64,000 nucleotides of DNA, taken from Thermoanaerobaculia bacterium. GTDB lineage: Bacteria > Acidobacteriota > Thermoanaerobaculia > Multivoradales > JAIOJS01. A program made the translations under genes and the position numbers. The notes beneath the pieces were generated by a model that saw only the letters and a program-made list of their open reading frames with translations, had not been told where the DNA came from and did no database searches. Shown here one piece after another: positions 26,711-34,556 of this stretch. Numbering within the stretch: position 1 is the first letter of the stretch; each line of letters opens with the position of its first letter. The stretch spans positions 64,283 to 128,282 of the forward strand of contig CAWDWV010000005.1 of the NCBI GenBank assembly GCA_963806095.1. The letters run 5' to 3'.

Positions 26711-29700
26711 CTAGAGCGTCCTCAGGAACGCCTTGAGCTGCAGCTTCTCCTGGTCGCTGAGCCCCTCGGCGAACCAGTGCCCGCGGTCGAGCACGTAGTC
26801 GGGACACTTGCTCGCCTTGAGCATCGGCAGCGCCGCTTCCGCCTCGAACGCCTGCAGCGCCTTGGCGCCCTGGAAGTCGTGCTTGTGGATCGTCAGCAGG
26901 CCGCGGGCGAGGCCGGAGACGGCGCCGACGAGGTCGCCGACCGGCGCCTCGGGGTTGATGCTCCACAGCAGGTTGACCGTCATCCCCTCGGGGAAGGGCG
27001 CCAGCAGGGCGGCGGTGTTGATGCCGACGAGCTTGCCGCCGACGAAGAGGTGGAGCACGACGCCGACGACGAGCACGAGCACGGCGAGCACGTAGAGGAA
27101 CGACCTCCACGTCCACGGCGCCTTCTTGCTCAGCCACAGCCAGATGCCGAGCGCGACGAGGAGCAGCGCGATGGGCAGCAGCCAGAGCGTCCAGTAGATG
27201 GTGTAGACGCGGGTGACGACGAGGACGATGGCGATGAGCAGCGCCAGCAGCAGGTAGACGAAGCCGGCGGCGCGTGGACCGGCGAAGATGGCCAGCAGCA
27301 CCAGCCCCACGGCGAGGAGGATCCACAGCCAGAAGGTGAGGAAGCCGGTCCAGAACGAGCCCAGGATCCCCACCAGGATGGGCTTGATGAAGCCGGGGGC
27401 GAAGATGAGGCTGGTGTTGGCGGTGGCGCGGTAGATGAAGCCGGGGTCCCTGCCGGCGAGGTCGGGGCGCCGGTAGCGCAGGTCGCCGTCGCCGTGGCGC
27501 GGCGAGGCGACCCGCCGCTTCGACTTCCACAGCAGCTTGTCGATGGAGTCGTCGTAGGAGGCCAGGCGGCCGGCCACGGACGGGTCGTTGTTGAACAGGC
27601 CCAGCGTGTTGCCGTGCAGCAGCGGCGAAGTCGCCCAGATGCTGACCAGCGACGCCGGCCGGTAGTAGCCGGGGCCGCCCGCGGGCGGGTAGTAGAGGTC
27701 GTTGTTGCCCCACGAGTCGACGGGCTTGTTCGACCAGGGGTTGTAGAAGTGCACCGCCCCGACGGCAGGCAGCTCCTTGTAGGTGTCGGACGAGAAGTTG
27801 TCCCACACCTGGCCCTTCATGGCGTTGGTGCCCACCGAACGGGCGGAGTTGGTGCCCACCAGGGTGATGGGGATGCGGATGTCGGTGGACATGTAGTTGT
27901 TGGCCAGGAAGTCCTCGCCGCCGGGGTTGCTGGCGGCGAAGGCCTCGATGCGGCGGCGGTAGTCGGCGAAGGCCGGGCCCTTGCGGAACGCCTCCCAGTC
28001 GGCGTAGGTCTGCGGCAGCGTGTACATCGCCGGGGCGCCGGGGGCGGGCGGTCCCTTCGCCGCCCACTTGGCGTCGAAGCTCAGGGCGAACCCTTGCGGC
28101 TGCTTGCTGGAGTGGCAGATGGCGCAGTTCTGCAGGAAGACCTTGCGCCCTTCGGCGGCGAGCGGCGCCTCGCGGGCGATGACCTCGGCGCCTCCCGGCG
28201 CGTAGGCGAGCTTCATCGAGGTGGTGATCGGCACCTGCTGCGCCGCGCTGTCGTGGCTGAAGAACGCGTAGAGGTAGGGGATGCGGTACTCGTCGCCGGT
28301 GTTCCAGAACACCGACCAGTCGATCATGTCCTGCACGTTGAACGGCCGTTGCGGCTTGAAGCCGATGATGGCGTTGTGGGCGCGGAACCACTCTTCGGGG
28401 TAGGTGCCGATGTTGGCGTAGACGCGCGAGAGGGCGCCGAAGACGCCGACGCTGTCGGCGCCGTCGAGCAGCACGCGCGGCGTGATCCGCGGGTTGCTCT
28501 TCTGCGTCTGGCCCGGGACGGTGGGGACCACGGGGATGCGCCGGTTCCAGTCGCTCTGCTGCTCGGGCGGGTTGAGGTTGGCGCGGTGCAGCCGCGCCGG
28601 CACCTCCCAGATGTTGGTGATGGTGTTCGAGTTGTTGATCTGGTCGGTCGACACCAGCGAGGTGTCGATGGTGCCCGGCTGCTGGCTGTTGAGGAACTGG
28701 AAGAGGGCGTTGTTCTCGTGGGTGAGGTTGGCGAAGGCCTTGCTCGCCCGCCAGTACTGGTTGCCGATGGTGCTCGACAGGTTGGCCCACTCCGGCCGCT
28801 CGGGGTCGGCAGGAGGGTTCTGCGCGTGGAAGGCGATGTGGCAGAAACCGCACGACATGCTGACGCGGAACGGGCGGATGAGGTCGGGATCGGAGGCGAG
28901 GCGCACGTCCTGGTAGTAGGCGTCGCCGTTGAGCATCACCTGGCCCTGCCAGTAGCGGCGGGCGGTGGCGGCGTCCTTGGTGTTGCCGAAGAAGTCGGGG
29001 TTGGGCATCAGCCGCAGGCCGAGGATGCCGCTGGGGTAGCCGTAGACGGTGTAGTCGAGCCCGTCCTTGGGCAGCCGCGCCAGCACCGACTCGTAGAGCT
29101 TGGGGTCGCCGGGGGTGAAGAGCGGCTTCGGCGGGTGGTGGGGATCGGGCGGCGGGCCCTGCTGGAGCTGGCCCGTCTTGGGGTCGATGTCGGTGGGCGG
29201 CTGCTTGAGGATGATCTTGTCGCCGTCGGCGACGTCGATGTACAGACCGAGGATGCGGTTGTCCGGGTTGGTCTGCGGTCTCATGCCCGGCTGGTTGATC
29301 AGCCCGGCGGTCCTGAAGCGGCTGTAGCGCTGGCGCGAGTCGAGGAGGATGAGGAAGTCGGTGAGGCCGTAGCCTTCCTCCTGGAGCCAGCCCCAGAAGG
29401 CCTCGTTGCCCTCGCCCCACAGGATCCAGGTGTTCTGGCCGCGGATGCCGTTGCGGCCGCAGCCGAAGCAGTCGGGTTTCCCGTCGTCGATCTGGCCGGC
29501 GGAATTCGCCCAGTTGAACGGCCCCAGCGTGCCGTCCGCGCCGACCACTTGGTCGACCTCGCTGAAGACGTTGCGCGTCTCGGCGGGGAAGCAGTACTTG
29601 GTGCGCGGGGTCCTCGGCGTGCCGCGCAAGGTGTACGCGGTGGGCGGATTGGTCCCCGGTTTCGCCAGCGCCTCGTCCGGCGGCGCGCCGGGGTCCTGCT

Positions 29701-29875
29701 CGTTCCAGCCGTCACGCACGTCCGGCACGTGGCTCGCCGCCGGGTAGGGGTTTTCCTCGGCCTTGGCGTCCGCGCAGCCCAGCGCCACCAGGCACAGGGC
29801 GACGCACCCCAGCAGTCCGAGGATGGCTCGATTGCGGCGGGTCGACAGCAGTCCACTCCGGCTCGGCTCTCTCAT
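26711..29875 (-). CDS. Secreted di-haem c-type cytochrome (CCP/MauG/RoxA-superfamily-like) with an inserted block of ~4 TM helices
   Basis: ATG 29875 is preceded by GAGGGA. Signal/lipobox-like AILGLLGCVALCLVALGCADAK. Two CxxCH motifs are present: SMSCGFCHIAF (nt 28838..28852) and NCAICHSSK (nt 28112..28126). A hydrophobic block spans nt 27035..27397. The C-terminal tail DRGHWFAEGLSDQEKLQLKAFLRTL resembles the conserved C-terminus of di-haem peroxidase-type cytochromes. Confidence 0.75.
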   Translation of the reverse strand: MREPSRSGLLSTRRNRAILGLLGCVALCLVALGCADAKAEENPYPAASHVPDVRDGWNEQDPGAPPDEALAKPGTNPPTAYTLRGTPRTPRTKYCFPAETRNVFSEVDQVVGADGTLGPFNWANSAGQIDDGKPDCFGCGRNGIRGQNTWILWGEGNEAFWGWLQEEGYGLTDFLILLDSRQRYSRFRTAGLINQPGMRPQTNPDNRILGLYIDVADGDKIILKQPPTDIDPKTGQLQQGPPPDPHHPPKPLFTPGDPKLYESVLARLPKDGLDYTVYGYPSGILGLRLMPNPDFFGNTKDAATARRYWQGQVMLNGDAYYQDVRLASDPDLIRPFRVSMSCGFCHIAFHAQNPPADPERPEWANLSSTIGNQYWRASKAFANLTHENNALFQFLNSQQPGTIDTSLVSTDQINNSNTITNIWEVPARLHRANLNPPEQQSDWNRRIPVVPTVPGQTQKSNPRITPRVLLDGADSVGVFGALSRVYANIGTYPEEWFRAHNAIIGFKPQRPFNVQDMIDWSVFWNTGDEYRIPYLYAFFSHDSAAQQVPITTSMKLAYAPGGAEVIAREAPLAAEGRKVFLQNCAICHSSKQPQGFALSFDAKWAAKGPPAPGAPAMYTLPQTYADWEAFRKGPAFADYRRRIEAFAASNPGGEDFLANNYMSTDIRIPITLVGTNSARSVGTNAMKGQVWDNFSSDTYKELPAVGAVHFYNPWSNKPVDSWGNNDLYYPPAGGPGYYRPASLVSIWATSPLLHGNTLGLFNNDPSVAGRLASYDDSIDKLLWKSKRRVASPRHGDGDLRYRRPDLAGRDPGFIYRATANTSLIFAPGFIKPILVGILGSFWTGFLTFWLWILLAVGLVLLAIFAGPRAAGFVYLLLALLIAIVLVVTRVYTIYWTLWLLPIALLLVALGIWLWLSKKAPWTWRSFLYVLAVLVLVVGVVLHLFVGGKLVGINTAALLAPFPEGMTVNLLWSINPEAPVGDLVGAVSGLARGLLTIHKHDFQGAKALQAFEAEAALPMLKASKCPDYVLDRGHWFAEGLSDQEKLQLKAFLRTL

Positions 29876-29984
29876 CGGTATCCCTCGCAAGGTACGCAAG
29901 CGGTCACGGCCCACCCGCGGCAAGAGGTGCCTTCGCCGGGTCGCACGAACCGGCGGCGGGTGGGCCAACTGGAGAGGCTGTCTC

Positions 29985-30012
29985 ATTAGACGGACGCGGA
30001 ACTGCGAATTCC
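29985..30012 (-). promoter_or_regulatory. ECF-sigma-type promoter candidate GGAATT-N16-TCTAAT upstream of the cytochrome gene
   Basis: The minus strand reads GGAATTcgcagttccgcgtccgTCTAAT (-35 = 30007..30012, -10 = 29985..29990). It starts 13 nt after the GT2 stop and ~110 nt before ATG 29875. It resembles RpoE/AlgU-class GGAACTT-N16-TCTGA/TCCAA promoters. Confidence 0.3.
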
Positions 30013-30024
30013 CCCGGCTCAGAG

Positions 30025-31152
30025 TCACCGCAGCAGTCCGCCGAGGAAGGGCTCGCCCAGATCGCGGAACCACCGCGCCACCTCCTCGGGCGGCGCCAGC
30101 CGGCGGGACTGGACGCGCCGCCGCTTGCGCCACATGAGAGGGGCGCCACGAAGCGCGTCGCGCCAGCCGCGCAGCATCACCGCCGCGAGGCGCGAAGCAG
30201 GGATGCGCGCGCCGAACTTGCTCGCCGGCCCCCGGCCCGCGAGCAGCCCGATGAGCAGCACCAACGGCCGCAACGTTGTGAGGATCAGAGCGCGCACAGC
30301 GTACCAGCGTGGATAGTTCTTGACTACGTTCCAGATCGTGTTGCGACTGGTGTAGTAGCCGAGCAGCTCGGAGTACTGGCCGGCGGTGCCGCCGCGCTGG
30401 TGCCAGACGACGGCGGCCGGCGCCTGCACGCAGCTCCAGCCGCGCAGGCGCGCCCGCCAGCCGAGGTCGAGCTCCTCGCAGTAGAGGCGGAAGTCCTCGT
30501 CGAACCACTCGCCGTCGGGGGCGACGTCCTCGAGCAGCTCGCGGCGGTAGAAGGCCGCGGCGCCGTAGGGGCAGAAGGTCTCCCGGGACTCGGCGGCGGC
30601 GTCGGCCGGGAGCCCGGCGTCCTCGAGCTTGCCTAAGCCGTCGACGGTGATGCGCTGCCCTGTTCCGTCGAGGACCTGGCCGTCGAGGACCTGTCCATCG
30701 AGAATCGTGGCGCCGGCGCCGAGGACGACGCGCGCCGCCACCATGCCGACGCGGGGCGGCTCGGCGACGTCATCGGGCTCGGCGTCGGCGGCTGCGGACT
30801 GCAGTAGGACCCGCTCCGCCGCGGCGGCGAGCGCAGCGAGCGCGCCCGGCGCCACTCGCGTGTCGTTGTTGAGCACCAGCACGCCCTCGGCGCCAAGCGC
30901 GAGCGCCCGCCGGATGCCGACGTTGTAGGCGTGCGAGAAGCCGGTGTTGTGCGGCAGCGCCAGCACTTCGGCGGCGGCGAAAGCCATCGGCGGTTGGCAG
31001 AGGGCCTCCCGCGCCGCTTCCACCGAGCCGTCCGTCGAGCCGTTGTCGACCACCACCACCAGCGGCTCCTCGCCGCCGTCGCGGAGGCTCTGCAGGCACT
31101 CGCGCAGCAGCTCCCGGCGGTCGTAGTTGGCGACCACCACGGCGACCCTCAT
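30025..31152 (-). CDS. GT2 glycosyltransferase (soluble, rhamnosyl/galactosyl-transferase-like)
   Basis: MRVAVVVANYDRRELL, VVVDNGSTDGS, HNTGFSHAYNVG, FDEDFRLYCEELDLGWR. Contains the tandem 15-bp duplication at 30665..30694 (QVLDGQVLDG). Confidence 0.8.
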   Translation of the reverse strand: MRVAVVVANYDRRELLRECLQSLRDGGEEPLVVVVDNGSTDGSVEAAREALCQPPMAFAAAEVLALPHNTGFSHAYNVGIRRALALGAEGVLVLNNDTRVAPGALAALAAAAERVLLQSAAADAEPDDVAEPPRVGMVAARVVLGAGATILDGQVLDGQVLDGTGQRITVDGLGKLEDAGLPADAAAESRETFCPYGAAAFYRRELLEDVAPDGEWFDEDFRLYCEELDLGWRARLRGWSCVQAPAAVVWHQRGGTAGQYSELLGYYTSRNTIWNVVKNYPRWYAVRALILTTLRPLVLLIGLLAGRGPASKFGARIPASRLAAVMLRGWRDALRGAPLMWRKRRRVQSRRLAPPEEVARWFRDLGEPFLGGLLR

Positions 31153-31721
31153 GCGGTCGGGGCCCGGCTGCCGCGGCCGCGCGCCGGCGACGGCGGCGCC
31201 GGCTCGAGCTCGAAGTACACCTCGTTGGCGGGCAGCATCCAGCAGAGGAACCGCTCGTAGAGCAGCGGCACGCGGTTGATCGCCCAGGTGAGCAGCCGGC
31301 CGTTGACGCGACGCCGCGTGTTGTTGATCCAGTAGAAGCAGATGCGGCGTTCGACGATGCGGAAGCGCACCGGCGTGTAGAAGTTGAAGTCGCCCTCGTC
31401 GGCGAGGTAGTCGAAGCTGTGGTAGCCGAAGAAGCGGCGGTGCGTGGGGTCGGTGTAGGAGCCGAAGAACGACAGGTGGGGCACGAAGAGGCGCAGGCGG
31501 CCGCCGGGGGCGCAGACGCGGTGCAACTCCCCCATCAACGGCAGGAAGCGGTCGACGTGCTCGAGCACGTGCGAGGAGTAGACCTCGGCGAAGGCGCCGT
31601 CGCGGAAGGGCAGCGGCGACTCGAGGTCGAGCACGACGTCGACGCCGGAGAGCGGCACGCGGTCGGCGTTGACGTAGCCGGCCCGCACGTCGCGGCCGCA
31701 GCCGAGGTTGATGCGGCGCAT
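31149..31721 (-). CDS. Class I SAM-dependent methyltransferase (Methyltransf_11/23-like)
   Basis: MRRINLGCGRDVRAGYVNAD (motif I), LPFRDGAFAEVYSSHVLEH, APGGRLRLFVP. The stop overlaps the GT2 start (ATGA). Confidence 0.75.
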   Translation of the reverse strand: MRRINLGCGRDVRAGYVNADRVPLSGVDVVLDLESPLPFRDGAFAEVYSSHVLEHVDRFLPLMGELHRVCAPGGRLRLFVPHLSFFGSYTDPTHRRFFGYHSFDYLADEGDFNFYTPVRFRIVERRICFYWINNTRRRVNGRLLTWAINRVPLLYERFLCWMLPANEVYFELEPAPPSPARGRGSRAPTA

Positions 31722-31830
31722 CGAGATGGCGCGATGATATGACGCGCTGCGAGGCCCATCCCTGTCGTCGAGCTCCCCACCCGCGACGGACCACGCCGGC
31801 CGGCGGCGCCTGCGCGCACTGCTGCCGTGG

Positions 31831-32721
31831 GTGCTCGGCATCGCCATCCTCGTCTGGCTGCTGCTGCGGGTGCCGCTCGGCGCCGTCGCGGCGGCGCTCG
31901 CCGGCGGGCGGTGGGGCGCGCTCACGGTCTACGTGGCGTTCGAGCTCGCCGTCCTCCTGCTCGTCGATGCCTGGGCGACGGTGGTGACGTTGCGCCAATG
32001 CGGCGGCTCGCCCCCCTTCCGCGACGTGCTCGCCATGCGCGGCGCCACCTACCTGCTCAACCTCGTCCACTTCGGCGCCGGCCAGGGGGCTTTCGGCTGG
32101 TACCTCGCGCGCGCCGGACGCGGGGCCTGGGGGGCGGGCGGCGCGCTGCTGCTGATGCTCGCTACGCAGGGGCTGGCCCTGGTGCTGGTGGTGGCCGGCG
32201 GGCTGTTGCTCGCGCCGCCGTGGCTCATGCGGCCGGCGCTGCCGCTCGCGGTGGCGGCGCTGGCGGGGATCGTCGCCTATCTCGTCGTGGTCGCCATCAG
32301 CCCGGCCTGGGCGCAGCGCATCGCGCTGCTGCGGCCGCTGCTCGTCGCCGGCCTGCGCGGCCACCTCGTCGCCGGCGCGGCGCGGGTGCCGCACATGGCG
32401 CTGCTCGTGCTTCTCAGCTGGGGCCTTTATCGCGTCTGGGGGATGCCGGTGCCGCTGCGCTTCGGGCTCGCCGTGTGGCCCATCCTGCTGCTGGTGAGCG
32501 CGCTGCCGATCACCCCGTCGGGGCTGGGCACCGTGCAAGCGATGCAGGTGTCGTTCTTCGCCGAGTGGGCGCCGGGAGCGGACCTCGCCAGCCGGCAGGC
32601 CGCGGTGCTCGCCTTGACGCTCGCCGCCTACGCGCTGGCTCTGCTGCTGCAGGCCGCCATCGGCGCCTTCGCGCTACGCGCGCTGCGCCGGAAGCTCGGC
32701 GCGCCGCTCGTCGGCTTGTAA
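31831..32721 (+). CDS. Flippase-like membrane protein (MprF/LPG-synthase TM-domain family, TIGR00374-like)
   Basis: 296 aa, ~8 TM helices. Family-typical motifs are LLNLVHFGAGQGAFGWYLAR and SALPITPSGLGTVQAM. It is divergent from the methyltransferase gene. The start is a GTG; the true start is uncertain. Confidence 0.65.
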   Translation: MLGIAILVWLLLRVPLGAVAAALAGGRWGALTVYVAFELAVLLLVDAWATVVTLRQCGGSPPFRDVLAMRGATYLLNLVHFGAGQGAFGWYLARAGRGAWGAGGALLLMLATQGLALVLVVAGGLLLAPPWLMRPALPLAVAALAGIVAYLVVVAISPAWAQRIALLRPLLVAGLRGHLVAGAARVPHMALLVLLSWGLYRVWGMPVPLRFGLAVWPILLLVSALPITPSGLGTVQAMQVSFFAEWAPGADLASRQAAVLALTLAAYALALLLQAAIGAFALRALRRKLGAPLVGL

Positions 32722-32785
32722 CCCGCCAGCGGGGCGGCTCGTACGTACGGTGCAACCGTTCCTACATCGCTGTCGAGGAGGTCCC

Positions 32786-34543
32786 ATGCGCCACGTGCGA
32801 TTGCCGATCGCTGCGGTCCTTTTCTCCGCCGCCGCGAGCGCTGCGGCGCCGGCGACCTCCCCGCCCGTAGCGGTCGACCCGCGCGAGGCGCTCGTGGCGC
32901 CCGGCGACGGCATCGCCCACTACCGGCGCGCCGAGCAGGCCCGGGCGCTGATCGAGGCGGAGACGTGGTCCGCAGCGGAGCCCATCCTGCTCACGCTCAC
33001 CCGCGACTACCCGCTGCTCGGCACCACCTGGGGGCAGCTGGCGCTCGCTCAGCGCAAGCAGGGCAAGCACGCCGAGGCCATTCGCTCCTACCAGCGCGTG
33101 CTCGAGATCCAGGGTCCCGGGCTGCCGTTCAACGCCCGCTATTGGATCGCCGCCAGCCACGCCGCGCTCGGCCATAGCCGGGAGGCGCTCGACACCCTGC
33201 AGCAGCTGGTCGACGACGACGCCTGGCTGGAGCGTCCGGGGCTGGCCGAGGAGCCCGCCCTCGCCAGCCTCGCCAAGGAGCCCCGCTTCCTCGCCCTCGC
33301 CGGCAAGGAGGACGTCTCCCGCCTCGATCGCGTCGCCGGCTGGCGGCGCGACCTCGACGTCTTCGTGGACGAGCTGCGTCGCAACAACCCGCCAGGTTTC
33401 CCCATCCCCGAGGAGCTCCTCCGCCGGCAGCGCGAGCTGGCCGGCGCCATCCCCGATCTGACCGACCTCCAGGTGGCCATGGAGCTCGGGCGGATGATGC
33501 ACGCCCTCGGACGAGGCCACACCGGGTTCTGGCTCGGAATGCCGGGCCGCCTGGAGTTTCGCCCGTTGCCGGTGCGTTTCTACGTCTTTCCCGAGGGGCT
33601 CTACGTCATCGCGGCACGCCCCGGCTACGAGAAGCTGGTGGGCGCACGGGTGCTGAGGTTCGGCGACACGCCGGCGGAGGAGGCGCTGGCGCGGGTGGCC
33701 ACCATCCAGAGCAGCGAGAGCGTCACGCAGCTCCTCTGGCTGTCGCCGTTCTTCCTCGCCATCCCCGACGTCCTGGAGGGCCTGGGCATCGCCAGCCACG
33801 ATCGGGGCACGCAGCTCACCCTCGCCATGCCGGACGGCAGCACGGTGGTCGAGACCCTGCCGCCGGTCGACCCCGAGCGGCCGAGCAACAAGCTGGTGGC
33901 GCCGCCCAGGGTGCCGGCGCCGCTCTTCCTGCAGCGCGTCGGCGAGGCGCACTGGCTGCAGCCGCTGCCCGAGCGCGACGCGGTCTACGTGCAGGTCAAC
34001 AACGTGATCGCGGACGAGGACGAGACGATGGCTCAGCTCGGCCTGCGCCTGCGCAAGGTGCTCGCCGAGACGGCGGCGAAGAGCGTCGTCCTCGACCTCC
34101 GCCACAACAACGGCGGCAACACCTTCACCTACCAGGAGCTGCTGCGCACGCTGACCGCCTTCAGCACCGTCGAAGGGCGCGCGACCTACGTGCTCATCGG
34201 GCGCAACGTCTACTCCGCGGCGGCCAACCTGTCGACCGACCTCGAGCGCATGGTGCGGCCGGTGTTCGTCGGCGAGCCCACCAGCCAGACCGGCAACCAG
34301 TGGGGCGATGAGAGCCAGTTCGTGCTCCCCTGGAGCGGCCTCGCCGGCGCCTTCTCGGGTCGCCGTTGGCAACTCAGCCATCCCTGGGACCGCCGCCGCT
34401 CGATCGTCCCGCAGGTGCCGGTGCAGCTCACCGCGAAGGCCTACTTCGCGGGCGAGGACCCGGCGCTCGCGGCGGTGCTCCGGCTCATCGACGAGGCGAA
34501 ACCGGCCGCGGCCGCGACGCCGGCGACCGACGGGACGCACTGA
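32786..34543 (+). CDS. Secreted TPR + S41-like (tail-specific/C-terminal processing) peptidase family protein
   Basis: RBS GAGGAGG lies 5 nt upstream of ATG 32786. Signal peptide MRHVRLPIAAVLFSAAASAAAP. TPR-like N-terminal region. S41-type segments are VVLDLRHNNGGN and YVLIGRNVYSAAANL. Confidence 0.7.
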   Translation: MRHVRLPIAAVLFSAAASAAAPATSPPVAVDPREALVAPGDGIAHYRRAEQARALIEAETWSAAEPILLTLTRDYPLLGTTWGQLALAQRKQGKHAEAIRSYQRVLEIQGPGLPFNARYWIAASHAALGHSREALDTLQQLVDDDAWLERPGLAEEPALASLAKEPRFLALAGKEDVSRLDRVAGWRRDLDVFVDELRRNNPPGFPIPEELLRRQRELAGAIPDLTDLQVAMELGRMMHALGRGHTGFWLGMPGRLEFRPLPVRFYVFPEGLYVIAARPGYEKLVGARVLRFGDTPAEEALARVATIQSSESVTQLLWLSPFFLAIPDVLEGLGIASHDRGTQLTLAMPDGSTVVETLPPVDPERPSNKLVAPPRVPAPLFLQRVGEAHWLQPLPERDAVYVQVNNVIADEDETMAQLGLRLRKVLAETAAKSVVLDLRHNNGGNTFTYQELLRTLTAFSTVEGRATYVLIGRNVYSAAANLSTDLERMVRPVFVGEPTSQTGNQWGDESQFVLPWSGLAGAFSGRRWQLSHPWDRRRSIVPQVPVQLTAKAYFAGEDPALAAVLRLIDEAKPAAAATPATDGTH

Positions 34544-34556
34544 GACGAGCGGGGCG

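Noticed and set aside
26709-29420. The N-terminal 904 codons of track ORF 21807..29420, which would make a 2,537-aa protein.
   Set aside because: This part is Arg/Pro/Ala junk overlapping the well-supported cytochrome gene in another frame. Protein-like sequence begins exactly at ATG 26708 (MAAANASTTDLL...), 2 nt after the upstream stop.
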